Assembly (NCBI GenBank): GCA_045659365.1
Contig: JAZOWT010000087.1
Coordinates: forward strand, 5-64,004
DNA length: 64,000 nt
Origin: Eubacteriales bacterium
GTDB taxonomy: Bacteria; Bacillota; Clostridia; Oscillospirales; CAG-272
Reading direction: 5' to 3'
Positions within the stretch are counted from its first letter, which is position 1. The number at the start of each line of letters is the position of its first letter. The notes below the pieces were generated by a model. The model searched no databases and was not told where the DNA came from. It saw only the letters and a program-made list of their open reading frames with translations. Shown in pieces: positions 1 through 9,730 of the stretch. The translations under genes and the position numbers were made by a program.

Positions 1-756
1 TTCGCACTTGGCGGTAAGATCCAGCACACCGGTCTTGTTGAGATTCCTATGGGTGTTACTCTTGACACCATCATCAACGAAATCGGCGGCGGTATTCCCA
101 ACGGCAAGAAGTTCAAGGCTGCACAGGCCGGTGGTCCTTCCGGCGGTTGTATCCCCGCAAGCCTTATCAACACCGAGGTTGATTACGACAACCTTACCGC
201 ACTTGGCTGTATGATGGGATCCGGCGGTCTTATCGTAATGGACGAGGATAACTGTATGGTCGATATGGCTAAGTTCTTCCTTGAGTTCACCGTTGACGAG
301 TCCTGCGGTAAGTGTACTCCCTGCCGTGTTGGTACCAGAAGACTTCTTGAGATGCTTGAGAAGATCACTGCCGGCAAGGGCACTCTTGAGGATATCGACA
401 AGCTCGAGGAGCTTTGCTACTACATCAAGGCTAACTCCCTTTGCGGTCTTGGACAGACTGCTCCCAACCCTGTTCTTGCAACCCTTAAGTTCTTCAGAGA
501 TGAATACGTTGCTCACGTTGTGGACAAGAAGTGTCCTGCAGGCGTATGTAAGCGTCTTCTCTCCTTCGTTATCGATCAGGATAAGTGTATCGGCTGCGGT
601 AAGTGTGCTAAGAACTGCCCTGTTGACACTATTGTTAAGACCGACTACGTAGCCCCCGGCCACAAGCTTCCCTCCTACACTATCAATACCGATAAGTGTA
701 TCAAGTGCGGTGCTTGTATTGCAGGCTGTAAGTTCGGTGCTATATCCAAGCACTAA
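1..756 (+). CDS. hydB: NuoF-like NADH-binding/FeS subunit of a multimeric [FeFe] hydrogenase (HydB-type); C-terminal part only, 5' end lies outside the window
   Basis: Frame is open from base 1. NuoF-type cluster motif [11 protein letters not shown]-terminal 2x[4Fe-4S] ferredoxin motifs [12 protein letters not shown] and [11 protein letters not shown]. Sits immediately upstream of hydA. Confidence 0.85.
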   Translation, partial: FALGGKIQHTGLVEIPMGVTLDTIINEIGGGIPNGKKFKAAQAGGPSGGCIPASLINTEVDYDNLTALGCMMGSGGLIVMDEDNCMVDMAKFFLEFTVDESCGKCTPCRVGTRRLLEMLEKITAGKGTLEDIDKLEELCYYIKANSLCGLGQTAPNPVLATLKFFRDEYVAHVVDKKCPAGVCKRLLSFVIDQDKCIGCGKCAKNCPVDTIVKTDYVAPGHKLPSYTINTDKCIKCGACIAGCKFGAISKH

Positions 757-773
757 TGAAAGGAGTACGCGAA

Positions 774-2531
774 ATGGAAATGTTAAATGTTAAAGTTAAC
801 GGTATTGCTGTAAGCGTACCCAAGGGCTCGACCATTCTTGAGGCAGCCCGCGCAGCAGGTGTGGAGATACCCACCCTCTGCTATATGAAGGAAAAGAACG
901 AGATCGGTGCTTGCCGTATCTGTGTTGTTGAGGCTACCGGCGCCCGCGGTCTTGTTACCGCTTGTGTATACCCCGTAACCGAGGGTATGGAGATCAGCAC
1001 CAACTCTCCTAAGGTAAGAGCGGCTCGCAAGACCACTCTTGAGCTTATTCTTTCCACCCACGATATGAACTGTCTTTCCTGCGTTCGTTCCACCAACTGC
1101 GAGCTTCAGAAGCTCTGCCTTGAGTACGGCGTAGATTCTAAGGCATTCGAGGGATTCAAGCCCGTATACGAGCTTGACTACTCTACCCCCCACCTTGTAA
1201 GAGATAACAACAAGTGTATCCTTTGCCGCAGATGTGTAGCAGTTTGCGACGAGCAGGTAGTTTCGGTAATCGGTGCTAACAACCGCGGTATCGACACCTG
1301 CATCGGACAGGCATTCAATATGCCTCTCGGTGATACTCCCTGTATCTCCTGCGGTCAGTGTACTGCAGTATGTCCCACCGGCGCACTCGTTGAGCGCGAC
1401 GATACCGATAAGGTATGGGATGCTCTTGCTTCCGGCAAGCACGTTGTAGTTCAGACCGCTCCTTCTATCAGAGCAACTCTCGGTGAGTGCTTCGATATGC
1501 CTATCGGCACCAACGTTGAGGGCAAGATGGTTGCTGCACTCAGACGTCTTGGCTTTGAGAAGGTATTTGACACCAACACCGCTGCAGACTTCACTATCGT
1601 TGAAGAGGCTACCGAGCTTCTTGAACGTGTTAAGTGTGGCGGCACTCTTCCTATGATCACCTCCTGCTCACCCGGATGGGTTAAGTTCTGCGAGTACTAC
1701 TACCCCGAGCTTATTTCTCACCTTTCTTCCTGCAAGTCTCCCCAGCAGATGGGCGGCGCGCTTATCAAGACCTATTGGGCTGATAAGATGGGCTATGACC
1801 CCAAGGACATCTTCGTAGTTTCGATCATGCCCTGTACTGCAAAGAAGTTTGAAGTTCAGAGAGATGATATGAGCGCGGCAGGTGAAGGTATCGTTGACGT
1901 TGACGTTGCACTCACCACCCGTGAGCTTGCAAGAATGATCCAGCGTGCAGGTATCAAGTTCACCGCACTTCCCGACGAGGACTTCGATCCCACACTCGGT
2001 GTTGACACCGGTGCGGCAGTTATCTTCGGTGCTACCGGCGGTGTTATGGAGGCGGCACTTCGTACCGCTAACGACGTTATCACCGGTAAGGACAACAAGG
2101 AGCTCGTATTCTCCGAGGTTCGTGGTACCGAGGGTCTTAAGGAGGCTACCTACAACATCGCAGGTACCGAGATCAAGGTTGCGGTTGCATCCGGCGCGGC
2201 TAATGCGAAGCTTGTTATGGACAAGATCGCAAAGGGCGAGGCAGACTGGACCTTCGTTGAGATCATGGGATGTCCCGGTGGCTGTGTAAACGGCGGCGGT
2301 CAGCCCACTCAGCCTCAGTACGTACGTGATACCGTTGATCTCAAGGCTGTAAGAGCAAAGGCTCTCTACGACCAGGATGAGGCAATGGAGATGAGAAAGT
2401 CTCACCTCAACCCCATCATCAAAGAGGTTTACGACAACTACTTCAAGGGTGGTTACGGCTGTCATGCAGCTCACCACGCTCTTCACACCTCTTACGTTGC
2501 TCGTGAGAGATATGAGAAAGTAGGCAAGTAA
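774..2531 (+). CDS. hydA: [FeFe] hydrogenase catalytic subunit (HydA, multimeric/bifurcating-type architecture)
   Basis: N-terminal 2Fe-2S and 4Fe-4S Cys motifs. H-cluster motifs MPCTAKKFE (L2) and EIMGCPGGCVNGGGQP (L3); L1 reads TSCSPGW. I prefer the ATG at 774 (AAGGAG RBS at 760-765) over the track start at 756. Confidence 0.9.
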   Translation: MEMLNVKVNGIAVSVPKGSTILEAARAAGVEIPTLCYMKEKNEIGACRICVVEATGARGLVTACVYPVTEGMEISTNSPKVRAARKTTLELILSTHDMNCLSCVRSTNCELQKLCLEYGVDSKAFEGFKPVYELDYSTPHLVRDNNKCILCRRCVAVCDEQVVSVIGANNRGIDTCIGQAFNMPLGDTPCISCGQCTAVCPTGALVERDDTDKVWDALASGKHVVVQTAPSIRATLGECFDMPIGTNVEGKMVAALRRLGFEKVFDTNTAADFTIVEEATELLERVKCGGTLPMITSCSPGWVKFCEYYYPELISHLSSCKSPQQMGGALIKTYWADKMGYDPKDIFVVSIMPCTAKKFEVQRDDMSAAGEGIVDVDVALTTRELARMIQRAGIKFTALPDEDFDPTLGVDTGAAVIFGATGGVMEAALRTANDVITGKDNKELVFSEVRGTEGLKEATYNIAGTEIKVAVASGAANAKLVMDKIAKGEADWTFVEIMGCPGGCVNGGGQPTQPQYVRDTVDLKAVRAKALYDQDEAMEMRKSHLNPIIKEVYDNYFKGGYGCHAAHHALHTSYVARERYEKVGK

Positions 2532-2540
2532 GATAAAAAC

Positions 2541-2581
2541 AAAAACAAGGCATCCGCCGTTTGGTGGATGCCTTGTTTTTA
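2541..2581 (+). terminator. Rho-independent terminator after hydA
   Basis: Stem CAAGGCATCC (2546-2555) pairs with GGATGCCTTG (2566-2575). Flanked by an A-run and a T-run. Confidence 0.8.
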
Positions 2582-2661
2582 TTAAAGAAGAAATGAAAAA
2601 TAGGAATTGCAGTAAGATATGCGCGCTTCTATTTTTGCATTTTTCTTTATTTTATTACATT

Positions 2662-4287
2662 TTACATAGAATGAGTAAGAACGTTTGCGGTAACGACTCG
2701 GCCGTAGCAATGGTCGAGGACCGGCTCGCCCTTCTTTCTGTTTGTGAAGGTGAGAGGAAGTATTTCAGCCTCGAGCTCCTCAATCCTGTCAAGGTCACCG
2801 TTTACGTAAGCCTGGAGGCGTTTCTTACAGGATGCGATGCGCTGTGCAAGACCGCCAAGACGTGCGTCATGAACCTCAAATCCGCAGGGCTTATTGTCGA
2901 TATGCCACTGCTTTTCAAAAGCGGTATGGAATGCGCGAACGCGCTTCTCTACCTCGGTGTAGTCGGCAATAAGAGCGGACAGTGCTGCCTTGTCTCCTGC
3001 TTTATATGCAGCGCGAGTCTTGGTGCCAAGCTCGTACTTGATCTCCATTATACGGCAGAGTGCGGCAAGGGTGTTGAATACGTAACCATACTTTCTGGTC
3101 TTTTTAGCAACAGCGGAAAGAGACTCAGCATGCTTTGTATATATCTGACCTACACCGTCGGTGACGGTGTAATCAAAGAATCCGAGGAAAGGATCGGAAT
3201 AAAGCATAGTTTTTGAGGGAGCGGAGTAATCTGCCGCGGGGGTATCGGTGACGTAATTGGGAAGATCGGTCTTCATAAAGTCATCATAGTCGACACCTAC
3301 AATGCGCTTGAATTTAGCCTTGATCTTTTCCTCATCGGTGTTGCCCTTGGCACATTCGGCAATATACATAAGTGCGGGAAGCTGTGAGAAGTGGGAGCAT
3401 TCCATACCGTCGTCACCCCACATAGTCATAAATATGTTTTTGACCTTGTTCTGACGGCAAGCGGCAAGTCCCTCACGCATAGTCTTGATCGAGAACTGAT
3501 TGAGGGGAGCGAAGCCAACCCAACACCAAGCGCCGCCCGCGAACCACGTTTCGCCCTTGAACTGCTTGTGCAGTTTGATCATCGTATCATATCTATCAGC
3601 GGTTCGGCTATAATAATCCCAATATACGGGAGCTACGTTTTCCGGAACTGCCTCAACGACGTCAGCAGGCACCGTGGTAGCATCAACACCGTAATATCTA
3701 CCGTCGTTCCACGAACGGAAGAACATATCGGACCAAAGAAGAAGAGTGTAGTCATACTCCTTTGCTATCTCGCAGACCTTGGCAAGATGCTCCTTGATGA
3801 TCTCGCCGGTGGGCTTATAGCCGTGAATGTCGCAGTATCTACCCTTACCGAGCATGTGCGCCTCGTCCATACCGATGTGAATGCGGTTAGTCTTAAAGCA
3901 CTTCTTAAGGGTTTTGAACATATTGGAGATGAGCTGGTAGGTGCGCTCATCATCAACGAGGAGAATATCGTTACAATCTACGGGAACCTGCGCCCACTTA
4001 AAGAAAGTTTTCATATGCGCGAGGGTCTGTATACAGGGGATAGCCTCCATTCCGATAGAGGTACAAAACTCGTCAATTTCCTTCATTTCCTCTATTGAAT
4101 AACGTGCGCGCATATATCCGAAGTAGGGTTCACCCTCTACCTCATAGGTATCCTCCATATAGAGGAATACAGTGTTGTAGCCCATTTTGGAGATGGTGGT
4201 GAGGAATGCTTTAAGGGACGGAAGAGTCATTACTCCGTTTCTGGAGAGGTCGATCATAACACCAAGGGAATCATACTTTTTTGCCAT
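2662..4287 (-). CDS. GH20-family beta-N-acetylhexosaminidase-like protein, cytoplasmic (no signal peptide)
   Basis: N-terminal TIM-barrel pattern GVMIDLSRNGV...GYNTVFLYMEDTYEV and catalytic-type IHIGMDEAH (GH20 H-x-G-x-D-E). Start placed at MAKKYDS, which has an AAGGAG RBS. Confidence 0.7.
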   Translation of the reverse strand: MAKKYDSLGVMIDLSRNGVMTLPSLKAFLTTISKMGYNTVFLYMEDTYEVEGEPYFGYMRARYSIEEMKEIDEFCTSIGMEAIPCIQTLAHMKTFFKWAQVPVDCNDILLVDDERTYQLISNMFKTLKKCFKTNRIHIGMDEAHMLGKGRYCDIHGYKPTGEIIKEHLAKVCEIAKEYDYTLLLWSDMFFRSWNDGRYYGVDATTVPADVVEAVPENVAPVYWDYYSRTADRYDTMIKLHKQFKGETWFAGGAWCWVGFAPLNQFSIKTMREGLAACRQNKVKNIFMTMWGDDGMECSHFSQLPALMYIAECAKGNTDEEKIKAKFKRIVGVDYDDFMKTDLPNYVTDTPAADYSAPSKTMLYSDPFLGFFDYTVTDGVGQIYTKHAESLSAVAKKTRKYGYVFNTLAALCRIMEIKYELGTKTRAAYKAGDKAALSALIADYTEVEKRVRAFHTAFEKQWHIDNKPCGFEVHDARLGGLAQRIASCKKRLQAYVNGDLDRIEELEAEILPLTFTNRKKGEPVLDHCYGRVVTANVLTHSM

Positions 4288-4338
4288 TTTCAAGCTCCTT
4301 AAATTGATTTTTTCACAAAACACGGGACCCGTGTAAAA

Positions 4339-4929
4339 TTATTTGGTATTTTTGTCCTTTGTTTCAACAAAATAAGTTGCTTCGCTATCTGCGGTTGATA
4401 GAGCGAAAGCAAGGGGAAACATCTCAAATGCGGCGGAAACGTTGCGGGGATCCTCGGTAGAAGAGTAGCCCATATGGTAACGGATCGCAAACGCTTCCTC
4501 ACGAGTAAGGCGCATATAACCGGAGATTATATAAACACTCTTTTCTCCGTGACCGTACGGGAGCTTATCGTCGTACTCAAAGGTATCAACTCTCTGCCAC
4601 GTTCCCTTCTCGTCCTTAACGTTACGGAATCCCTTTTTGTAAACGTCGATCTTACAGAGGTCATGAAGCAGTGATACGATCGCGATGCTTTCGTCACTGT
4701 ATTGTGTACCGATTATATCAACGGTGCGCGGAGATTTCAGATAGCTGTTAAGACAGTCATACACGTTTACCGAGTGGTCAACGAGCCCACCCTCATACGA
4801 GGAATGAAAACGCGCGCTGGCGGGTGCGGTGAAGAAGTCAGAATTGAGGAGGTAATCAAGCAGCTTTGCCGCTCCCTCTCTTTTTATGTACTTGTTGTAT
4901 ATTTCAATAAATCTTTCCTTGGAAGTCAT
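4339..4929 (-). CDS. HD-domain phosphohydrolase (YhaM-like HD module, no OB fold)
   Basis: Motifs ASARFHSSYEGGLVDHS and LLHDLCK (H...HD). Starts 3 nt after the upstream gene's stop. Confidence 0.65.
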   Translation of the reverse strand: MTSKERFIEIYNKYIKREGAAKLLDYLLNSDFFTAPASARFHSSYEGGLVDHSVNVYDCLNSYLKSPRTVDIIGTQYSDESIAIVSLLHDLCKIDVYKKGFRNVKDEKGTWQRVDTFEYDDKLPYGHGEKSVYIISGYMRLTREEAFAIRYHMGYSSTEDPRNVSAAFEMFPLAFALSTADSEATYFVETKDKNTK

Positions 4930-4932
4930 CTT

Positions 4933-6696
4933 TTACCTCATTTCAAATTTTAACACAAAATTCTTATCCGGCTTTGTAAGAGTAAAATCAATTGCGTAGA
5001 CCCTTACCCATTCGCCCGAGTGATTACAGTGGTCAAGCTGAGTGACACCGGGGGTAACGGAGTCGGGGTATACGACGGTGAGAGTCTCCTTACCTGACTG
5101 TATCTCAACCTTACCCTCTCCAAATTTCGGGAATGAGTAAGTTATGAACCTTTCAGTCACCGTGTCGGGACACTCGTTAAAGGAATAAGTATCGGTAAGC
5201 GTTGCCGCGCCGACTTTGGCATCAAAGCGAATGTCACGCACGAGGCTCTCAAGCGAAGGAATAGCGTAAGCACGAGAGATATCCATTTTAATACCGGTGG
5301 GGTCGATGCTTACATCACTTGCGGAAAATTCCTTACCCGGGCACTGATAAGAGCCGTTGATTATCGGCAGACTGTGACCGTAGGATGCGTTGCAAAGAAC
5401 CTTATATCTCGTTTCATCCAGGAAATAATCCTTATCGTACTTGCCGCATCCGAGATCGGACAACAGCTCCTCGCCGTTTTTATATATCTCGAAGCTACCG
5501 ACGTCGTTGTGGTTGTGCGGCTCACCGTTATGCCCTGCTTTAGCGGCAAGCGAGGTGCCGTTTGCGGCAGTGGACACGTACCACTCAGCATCCTTGAGGA
5601 TATGAGTTGCAAAGCAGGTACCGTCTGTGGAGAGGGTATCGGGTGCCCAGATGAGATTACGAAGCTCAAGAGCAAATCTGCCGTCAACGTCCTCGGGATA
5701 TCGCACCGTTACGGTGTCGCGGCTCGGTATATTTATATCGGGATAGATCTCAGTAAGCTTTGCGGTTGCGAAGAGTGAGATCGTGGACCTCGTATGTCCG
5801 TCGGAGAAGCTGACGCATCTGCCACCCGGGAATATGCACTTTTGTACAAAGGATGCGATCTTATGCACTTTTTCGTCAGAAAAGAGGTTGATTTTTCCTT
5901 GAGTACGTCGGTAAAGCAATTCGGCAAACGACAGGAAGTAGCCAAAGCCGTAGCGCCAATATGCCAAACCCTCAAGGCAGGTGCCGTCGTCGGAAAAGCC
6001 ACCGAGATATCCGTGAAGAGAGTCGAGAACGGTACAAAGGATCGAGGACAGCTCCTCGCCATCGCACTCGTACATAGCGGTAATACCGACACAGCCACCG
6101 CATACGGCAACCCAGTTGTTGCTCCAATTCATCCAACGAAATCTCTCGCCCATGCGGTCAATTATTCTTTCGCGTATTGAACGGCGAGTGCGCTCTACTA
6201 CTATAGGTTGAAGCTTATCACCGATAAGAACGAGTATCTCGGAAAGAGTTTCTGCCGTTTCGGCGGCGAAGAGATCTACCATATAGCCGTCACTCTGGAG
6301 TCGCTTAAGACCGTCACCCCAGAGGTGTGCAGGTAATGCCCACGTATATTCATCAAGAACCGCCCAGATTATATCCTCGAGAGCTGAAATATCCGACTCG
6401 CGCTCATAGAGCCAGGCGCGAATGGCGAATGCCTCTAATTTGCGTCTGCGAACGAAATAGTCCGCTTCATATTCATAACGATCTCCATCTAATTCAAAGC
6501 GTTTGAAGGTAGAGAATGGTAGAGTTGGTGTGATCACACCGTCAAGCTTCTCTGCCTCGCGCACGATATCGGCAAGACGATCACTCAGAATAGGATTTGC
6601 CAACACGCGCTCGCGGTCTTTGGCATATGAGAGTATCTCGCCCTTGTCGGTTAGTTTCAGTATTTCAAGAATTTCGGATCTTGTATATTTTTTCAT
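4933..6696 (-). CDS. Heparinase II/III-like family protein, cytoplasmic (no signal peptide)
   Basis: C-terminal-half motif GHNGEPHNHNDVGSF is typical of the Hepar_II_III domain. Start placed at MKKYTRSE, which has a GGAGAA RBS. Confidence 0.65.
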   Translation of the reverse strand: MKKYTRSEILEILKLTDKGEILSYAKDRERVLANPILSDRLADIVREAEKLDGVITPTLPFSTFKRFELDGDRYEYEADYFVRRRKLEAFAIRAWLYERESDISALEDIIWAVLDEYTWALPAHLWGDGLKRLQSDGYMVDLFAAETAETLSEILVLIGDKLQPIVVERTRRSIRERIIDRMGERFRWMNWSNNWVAVCGGCVGITAMYECDGEELSSILCTVLDSLHGYLGGFSDDGTCLEGLAYWRYGFGYFLSFAELLYRRTQGKINLFSDEKVHKIASFVQKCIFPGGRCVSFSDGHTRSTISLFATAKLTEIYPDINIPSRDTVTVRYPEDVDGRFALELRNLIWAPDTLSTDGTCFATHILKDAEWYVSTAANGTSLAAKAGHNGEPHNHNDVGSFEIYKNGEELLSDLGCGKYDKDYFLDETRYKVLCNASYGHSLPIINGSYQCPGKEFSASDVSIDPTGIKMDISRAYAIPSLESLVRDIRFDAKVGAATLTDTYSFNECPDTVTERFITYSFPKFGEGKVEIQSGKETLTVVYPDSVTPGVTQLDHCNHSGEWVRVYAIDFTLTKPDKNFVLKFEMR

Positions 6697-6890
6697 GTTG
6701 CTTTCTCCAAATGTTTTGCGGACTTCAAGCACATCGGATTTTTATCCAGGTTAATATAAGTATATTGTATTTATAATAGCACTTTTCAGCGATTATTTCA
6801 ATAGAATTTGGGAAAATAATTAAAGTATAAATCCAAGATCTTCCGCGAGCATTTTTTTGAAAAAAATAGCGATTTTTTTGCGCAAAATAC

Positions 6891-6919
6891 TTTACAAGCG
6901 GGCTTTTTTCTGCTATACT
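6891..6919 (+). promoter_or_regulatory. Sigma-A-type promoter for the CofE-like gene
   Basis: TTTACA (6891-6896), 17-nt spacer, TATACT (6914-6919), preceded by TGc. Confidence 0.5.
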
Positions 6920-6977
6920 AGTACGGTGACAAAATTTTATTCCCGAATTATCGGACTTTAAAAGGAGTGATTTTCAA

Positions 6978-8171
6978 ATGAGTCGTATGGTCGGTACTGT
7001 ATCGCGCGGTGTTCGTGCACCTATAATCAGACAGGGCGACGATATCGTAGAAATCGTAACCAACTCTATACTTGATGCGGCAAAGGATGACGGAATCGAG
7101 ATCCGAAACCGTGATATAATAGCTATGACCGAGGCAATCGTAGCACGCGCGCAGGGTAACTACGCAAGCATACACGACATTGCCAATGACGTAAAGGCGA
7201 AGTTCGGCGGAGAAACCGTTGGAGTTATCTTCCCCATACTTAGCCGTAACCGCTTTGCTATCTGCCTTCGCGGAATTGCAAAGGGTGCAAAGAAAATAGT
7301 TCTTGCTCTTTCATATCCCTCTGACGAGGTTGGAAACCATCTCATAAGCCTTGATGCACTTGATGAGAAGGGTGTTGACCCTTACAAGGACGTGCTTACA
7401 CTTGAAAAATACCGAGAGCTTTTCGGCTACGAGAAGCACAGATTTACCGGTGTTGACTACGTTGAGTACTACGAGCAGCTTATTCGCGAGATGGGTGCGG
7501 AGGCTGAGATAATCTTCGCAAACGACCCCAGAGCTATTCTTGCATACACAAAGAATGTTATAAACTGTGACATACACACCAGAGCCCGTACCAAGCGACT
7601 TCTCCGTGCGGCAGGCGCAGAGATCGTTTACGGACTTGACGAGATCCTCAATAAGCCTGTTAACGGCAGTGGATACAATGCTGATTACGGTCTTCTTGGT
7701 TCCAACAAGGCTACCGAGGACACCATTAAGCTCTTCCCCCGTGACTGCCAGCCCATCGTTGACGATATTCAGAAGAAGATCTACGAGGCAACCGGCAAGA
7801 CTGTTGAGGTTATGGTTTACGGCGACGGTGCGTTCAAGGATCCCGTAGGAAAGATCTGGGAGCTTGCAGACCCGGTCGTTTCCCCCGCTTATACCGCAGG
7901 TCTTGAGGGTACACCCAACGAGCTTAAGCTCAAGTACCTTGCAGACAACGACTTCGCTTCCCTCTCCGGTGATGAGCTTAAGGAGGCTATCAAGGCGGAG
8001 ATCGTTAAGAAGGACTCAGACCTTTTCGGTCAGATGGCATCTGAGGGCACTACTCCCCGCAGACTTACCGACCTTATAGGTTCTCTTTGCGACCTCACCT
8101 CCGGCTCAGGTGACAAGGGCACTCCTATCGTTTGGATTCAGGGCTACTTCGACAACTATACCACTGAATAA
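6978..8171 (+). CDS. F420-0:gamma-glutamyl ligase (CofE)-like domain protein with a roughly 150-aa C-terminal extension
   Basis: The N-terminal ~250 aa (GVRAPIIRQGDDIVEIV...AMTEAIVARAQGN) resemble the CofE/F420-ligase fold. AAGGAG RBS upstream. Confidence 0.5.
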   Translation: MSRMVGTVSRGVRAPIIRQGDDIVEIVTNSILDAAKDDGIEIRNRDIIAMTEAIVARAQGNYASIHDIANDVKAKFGGETVGVIFPILSRNRFAICLRGIAKGAKKIVLALSYPSDEVGNHLISLDALDEKGVDPYKDVLTLEKYRELFGYEKHRFTGVDYVEYYEQLIREMGAEAEIIFANDPRAILAYTKNVINCDIHTRARTKRLLRAAGAEIVYGLDEILNKPVNGSGYNADYGLLGSNKATEDTIKLFPRDCQPIVDDIQKKIYEATGKTVEVMVYGDGAFKDPVGKIWELADPVVSPAYTAGLEGTPNELKLKYLADNDFASLSGDELKEAIKAEIVKKDSDLFGQMASEGTTPRRLTDLIGSLCDLTSGSGDKGTPIVWIQGYFDNYTTE

Positions 8172-8182
8172 TTTCCCAGGAT

Positions 8183-8216
8183 ACCCGTGCCATCATATGA
8201 GCGCGGGTGTCTTTTT
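8183..8216 (+). terminator. Possible intrinsic terminator or attenuator between the CofE-like gene and pyk
   Basis: 8-bp stem (8183-8190 pairs with 8201-8208, one G-U pair) followed by CTTTTT. Confidence 0.45.
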
Positions 8217-8264
8217 GGGTCAATATCGCCATCTCCCTCTACCGGGAGGCGGAAGGAATACACT

Positions 8265-9680
8265 ATGCGTAAAACTAAAATTATATGTACAATTGGTCCG
8301 GCATCGGAGAACGAAAAGACACTGACCGAAATGTGCCTGGCGGGAATGAACGTTGCGCGCCTTAACTTCTCACACGGAACTCACGAGCAGCACAAGGCTA
8401 AGATCGATCTCGTTAAGAGAGTCAGAGAAAAGCTGGGTCTCCCGATTCCGATTATGCTTGACACAAAGGGACCCGAATACAGAATAGGTACGTTTGCAAG
8501 CGGCAAGATCGCTCTTGCTGACGGAGACAAGTTCACCTTTACCACAGAAGATATAATCGGCGACGAGAATAGAGTTTCGGTTTCCTATAAGCGACTTACC
8601 GAGGAGCTTGTAGCCGGAGATACGATACTTCTTAACAACGGTCTTGTTATTTTTGCAGTAGACGAGATAGTCGGAAGCGATATAAAGTGCACGGTAACTA
8701 CCGGCGGCGAGCTTTCCGACAGAAAGAGCATGAACTTTCCCAACAAGCACCTGCACCAGGATTTCCTTTCTGAGCAGGACAAGTCAGATCTGCTTTTCGG
8801 CATTGAAAACGAGGTCGACTTTGTTGCGGCATCGTTCGTATCTTGCGAGGATGACATAAGATCTATGAGAGATTTCCTTGACGCTAACGGCGGTAAGGAT
8901 ATAGACATTATTGCAAAGATAGAGAACCGCGCGGGCGTTGACAACATCGACGAGATATGCAACGTGGCTGACGGTATCATGGTTGCGAGAGGTGACCTCG
9001 GTGTTGAGATCCCCTTTATGGAGGTTCCTACCGTACAGAAGCACCTTATCAAAAAGTGCAGACTGCTTGGTAAGAGAGTTATCACCGCGACCGAGATGCT
9101 TGAGTCGATGATACACAATCCCCGTCCTACAAGAGCGGAGATCTCCGACGTTGCGAACGCGGTATACGACGGCTCGAGCGCAGTAATGCTCTCGGGTGAG
9201 ACTGCGGCCGGTAAGTATCCTGTTGAGGCGGTCAAGAACATGGCCGAGATCGCGGAGTTTACCGAGCGCGGAATAGACTACAAGAACTGGTTCAAGTCTA
9301 CGGATTTCCGCATCAGAAACATTCTTGACGCGGTTTCACACGCGACCTGCGCTATGGCGATCGACGTAAATGCAAAGTGCATCGTAGTAAGCTCGCTTAG
9401 CGGCCAGACTGCAAGAATGGTAAGCCGCTTCCGTGCGCCGGCAGACATAATCGGTATGACTACCTCTGTGCGCGCATGGAGAAAGCTGAACATGAGCTGG
9501 GGTGTGACACCTGCGCTTGTCGAGGAATTCAACTCGGCAGAGGTCGTTTACTACCACGCGATGATCCAGGCGAAGAAAATTATGAAGCTTTCTAAGGGTG
9601 ACACGGTGGTTCTTACCGGAGGTCAGATAAACGGACGTCCCGGAAACACAAACACTATAAAGCTCGAAACCGTTAAGTAA
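8265..9680 (+). CDS. pyk: Pyruvate kinase
   Basis: MRKTKIICTIGPAS, NVARLNFSHG, MVARGDLGVEIP. Start taken at the ATG at 8265, which has a GGAGG RBS. Confidence 0.92.
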   Translation: MRKTKIICTIGPASENEKTLTEMCLAGMNVARLNFSHGTHEQHKAKIDLVKRVREKLGLPIPIMLDTKGPEYRIGTFASGKIALADGDKFTFTTEDIIGDENRVSVSYKRLTEELVAGDTILLNNGLVIFAVDEIVGSDIKCTVTTGGELSDRKSMNFPNKHLHQDFLSEQDKSDLLFGIENEVDFVAASFVSCEDDIRSMRDFLDANGGKDIDIIAKIENRAGVDNIDEICNVADGIMVARGDLGVEIPFMEVPTVQKHLIKKCRLLGKRVITATEMLESMIHNPRPTRAEISDVANAVYDGSSAVMLSGETAAGKYPVEAVKNMAEIAEFTERGIDYKNWFKSTDFRIRNILDAVSHATCAMAIDVNAKCIVVSSLSGQTARMVSRFRAPADIIGMTTSVRAWRKLNMSWGVTPALVEEFNSAEVVYYHAMIQAKKIMKLSKGDTVVLTGGQINGRPGNTNTIKLETVK

Positions 9681-9730
9681 TAGCAAAAATAATATTTAAA
9701 AAATATAATGAGTAAAAACTAAAGAGGTAA

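Noticed and set aside
1668-2486. 272-aa minus-strand ORF inside hydA
   Set aside because: It is antisense to a gene carrying canonical hydrogenase motifs.
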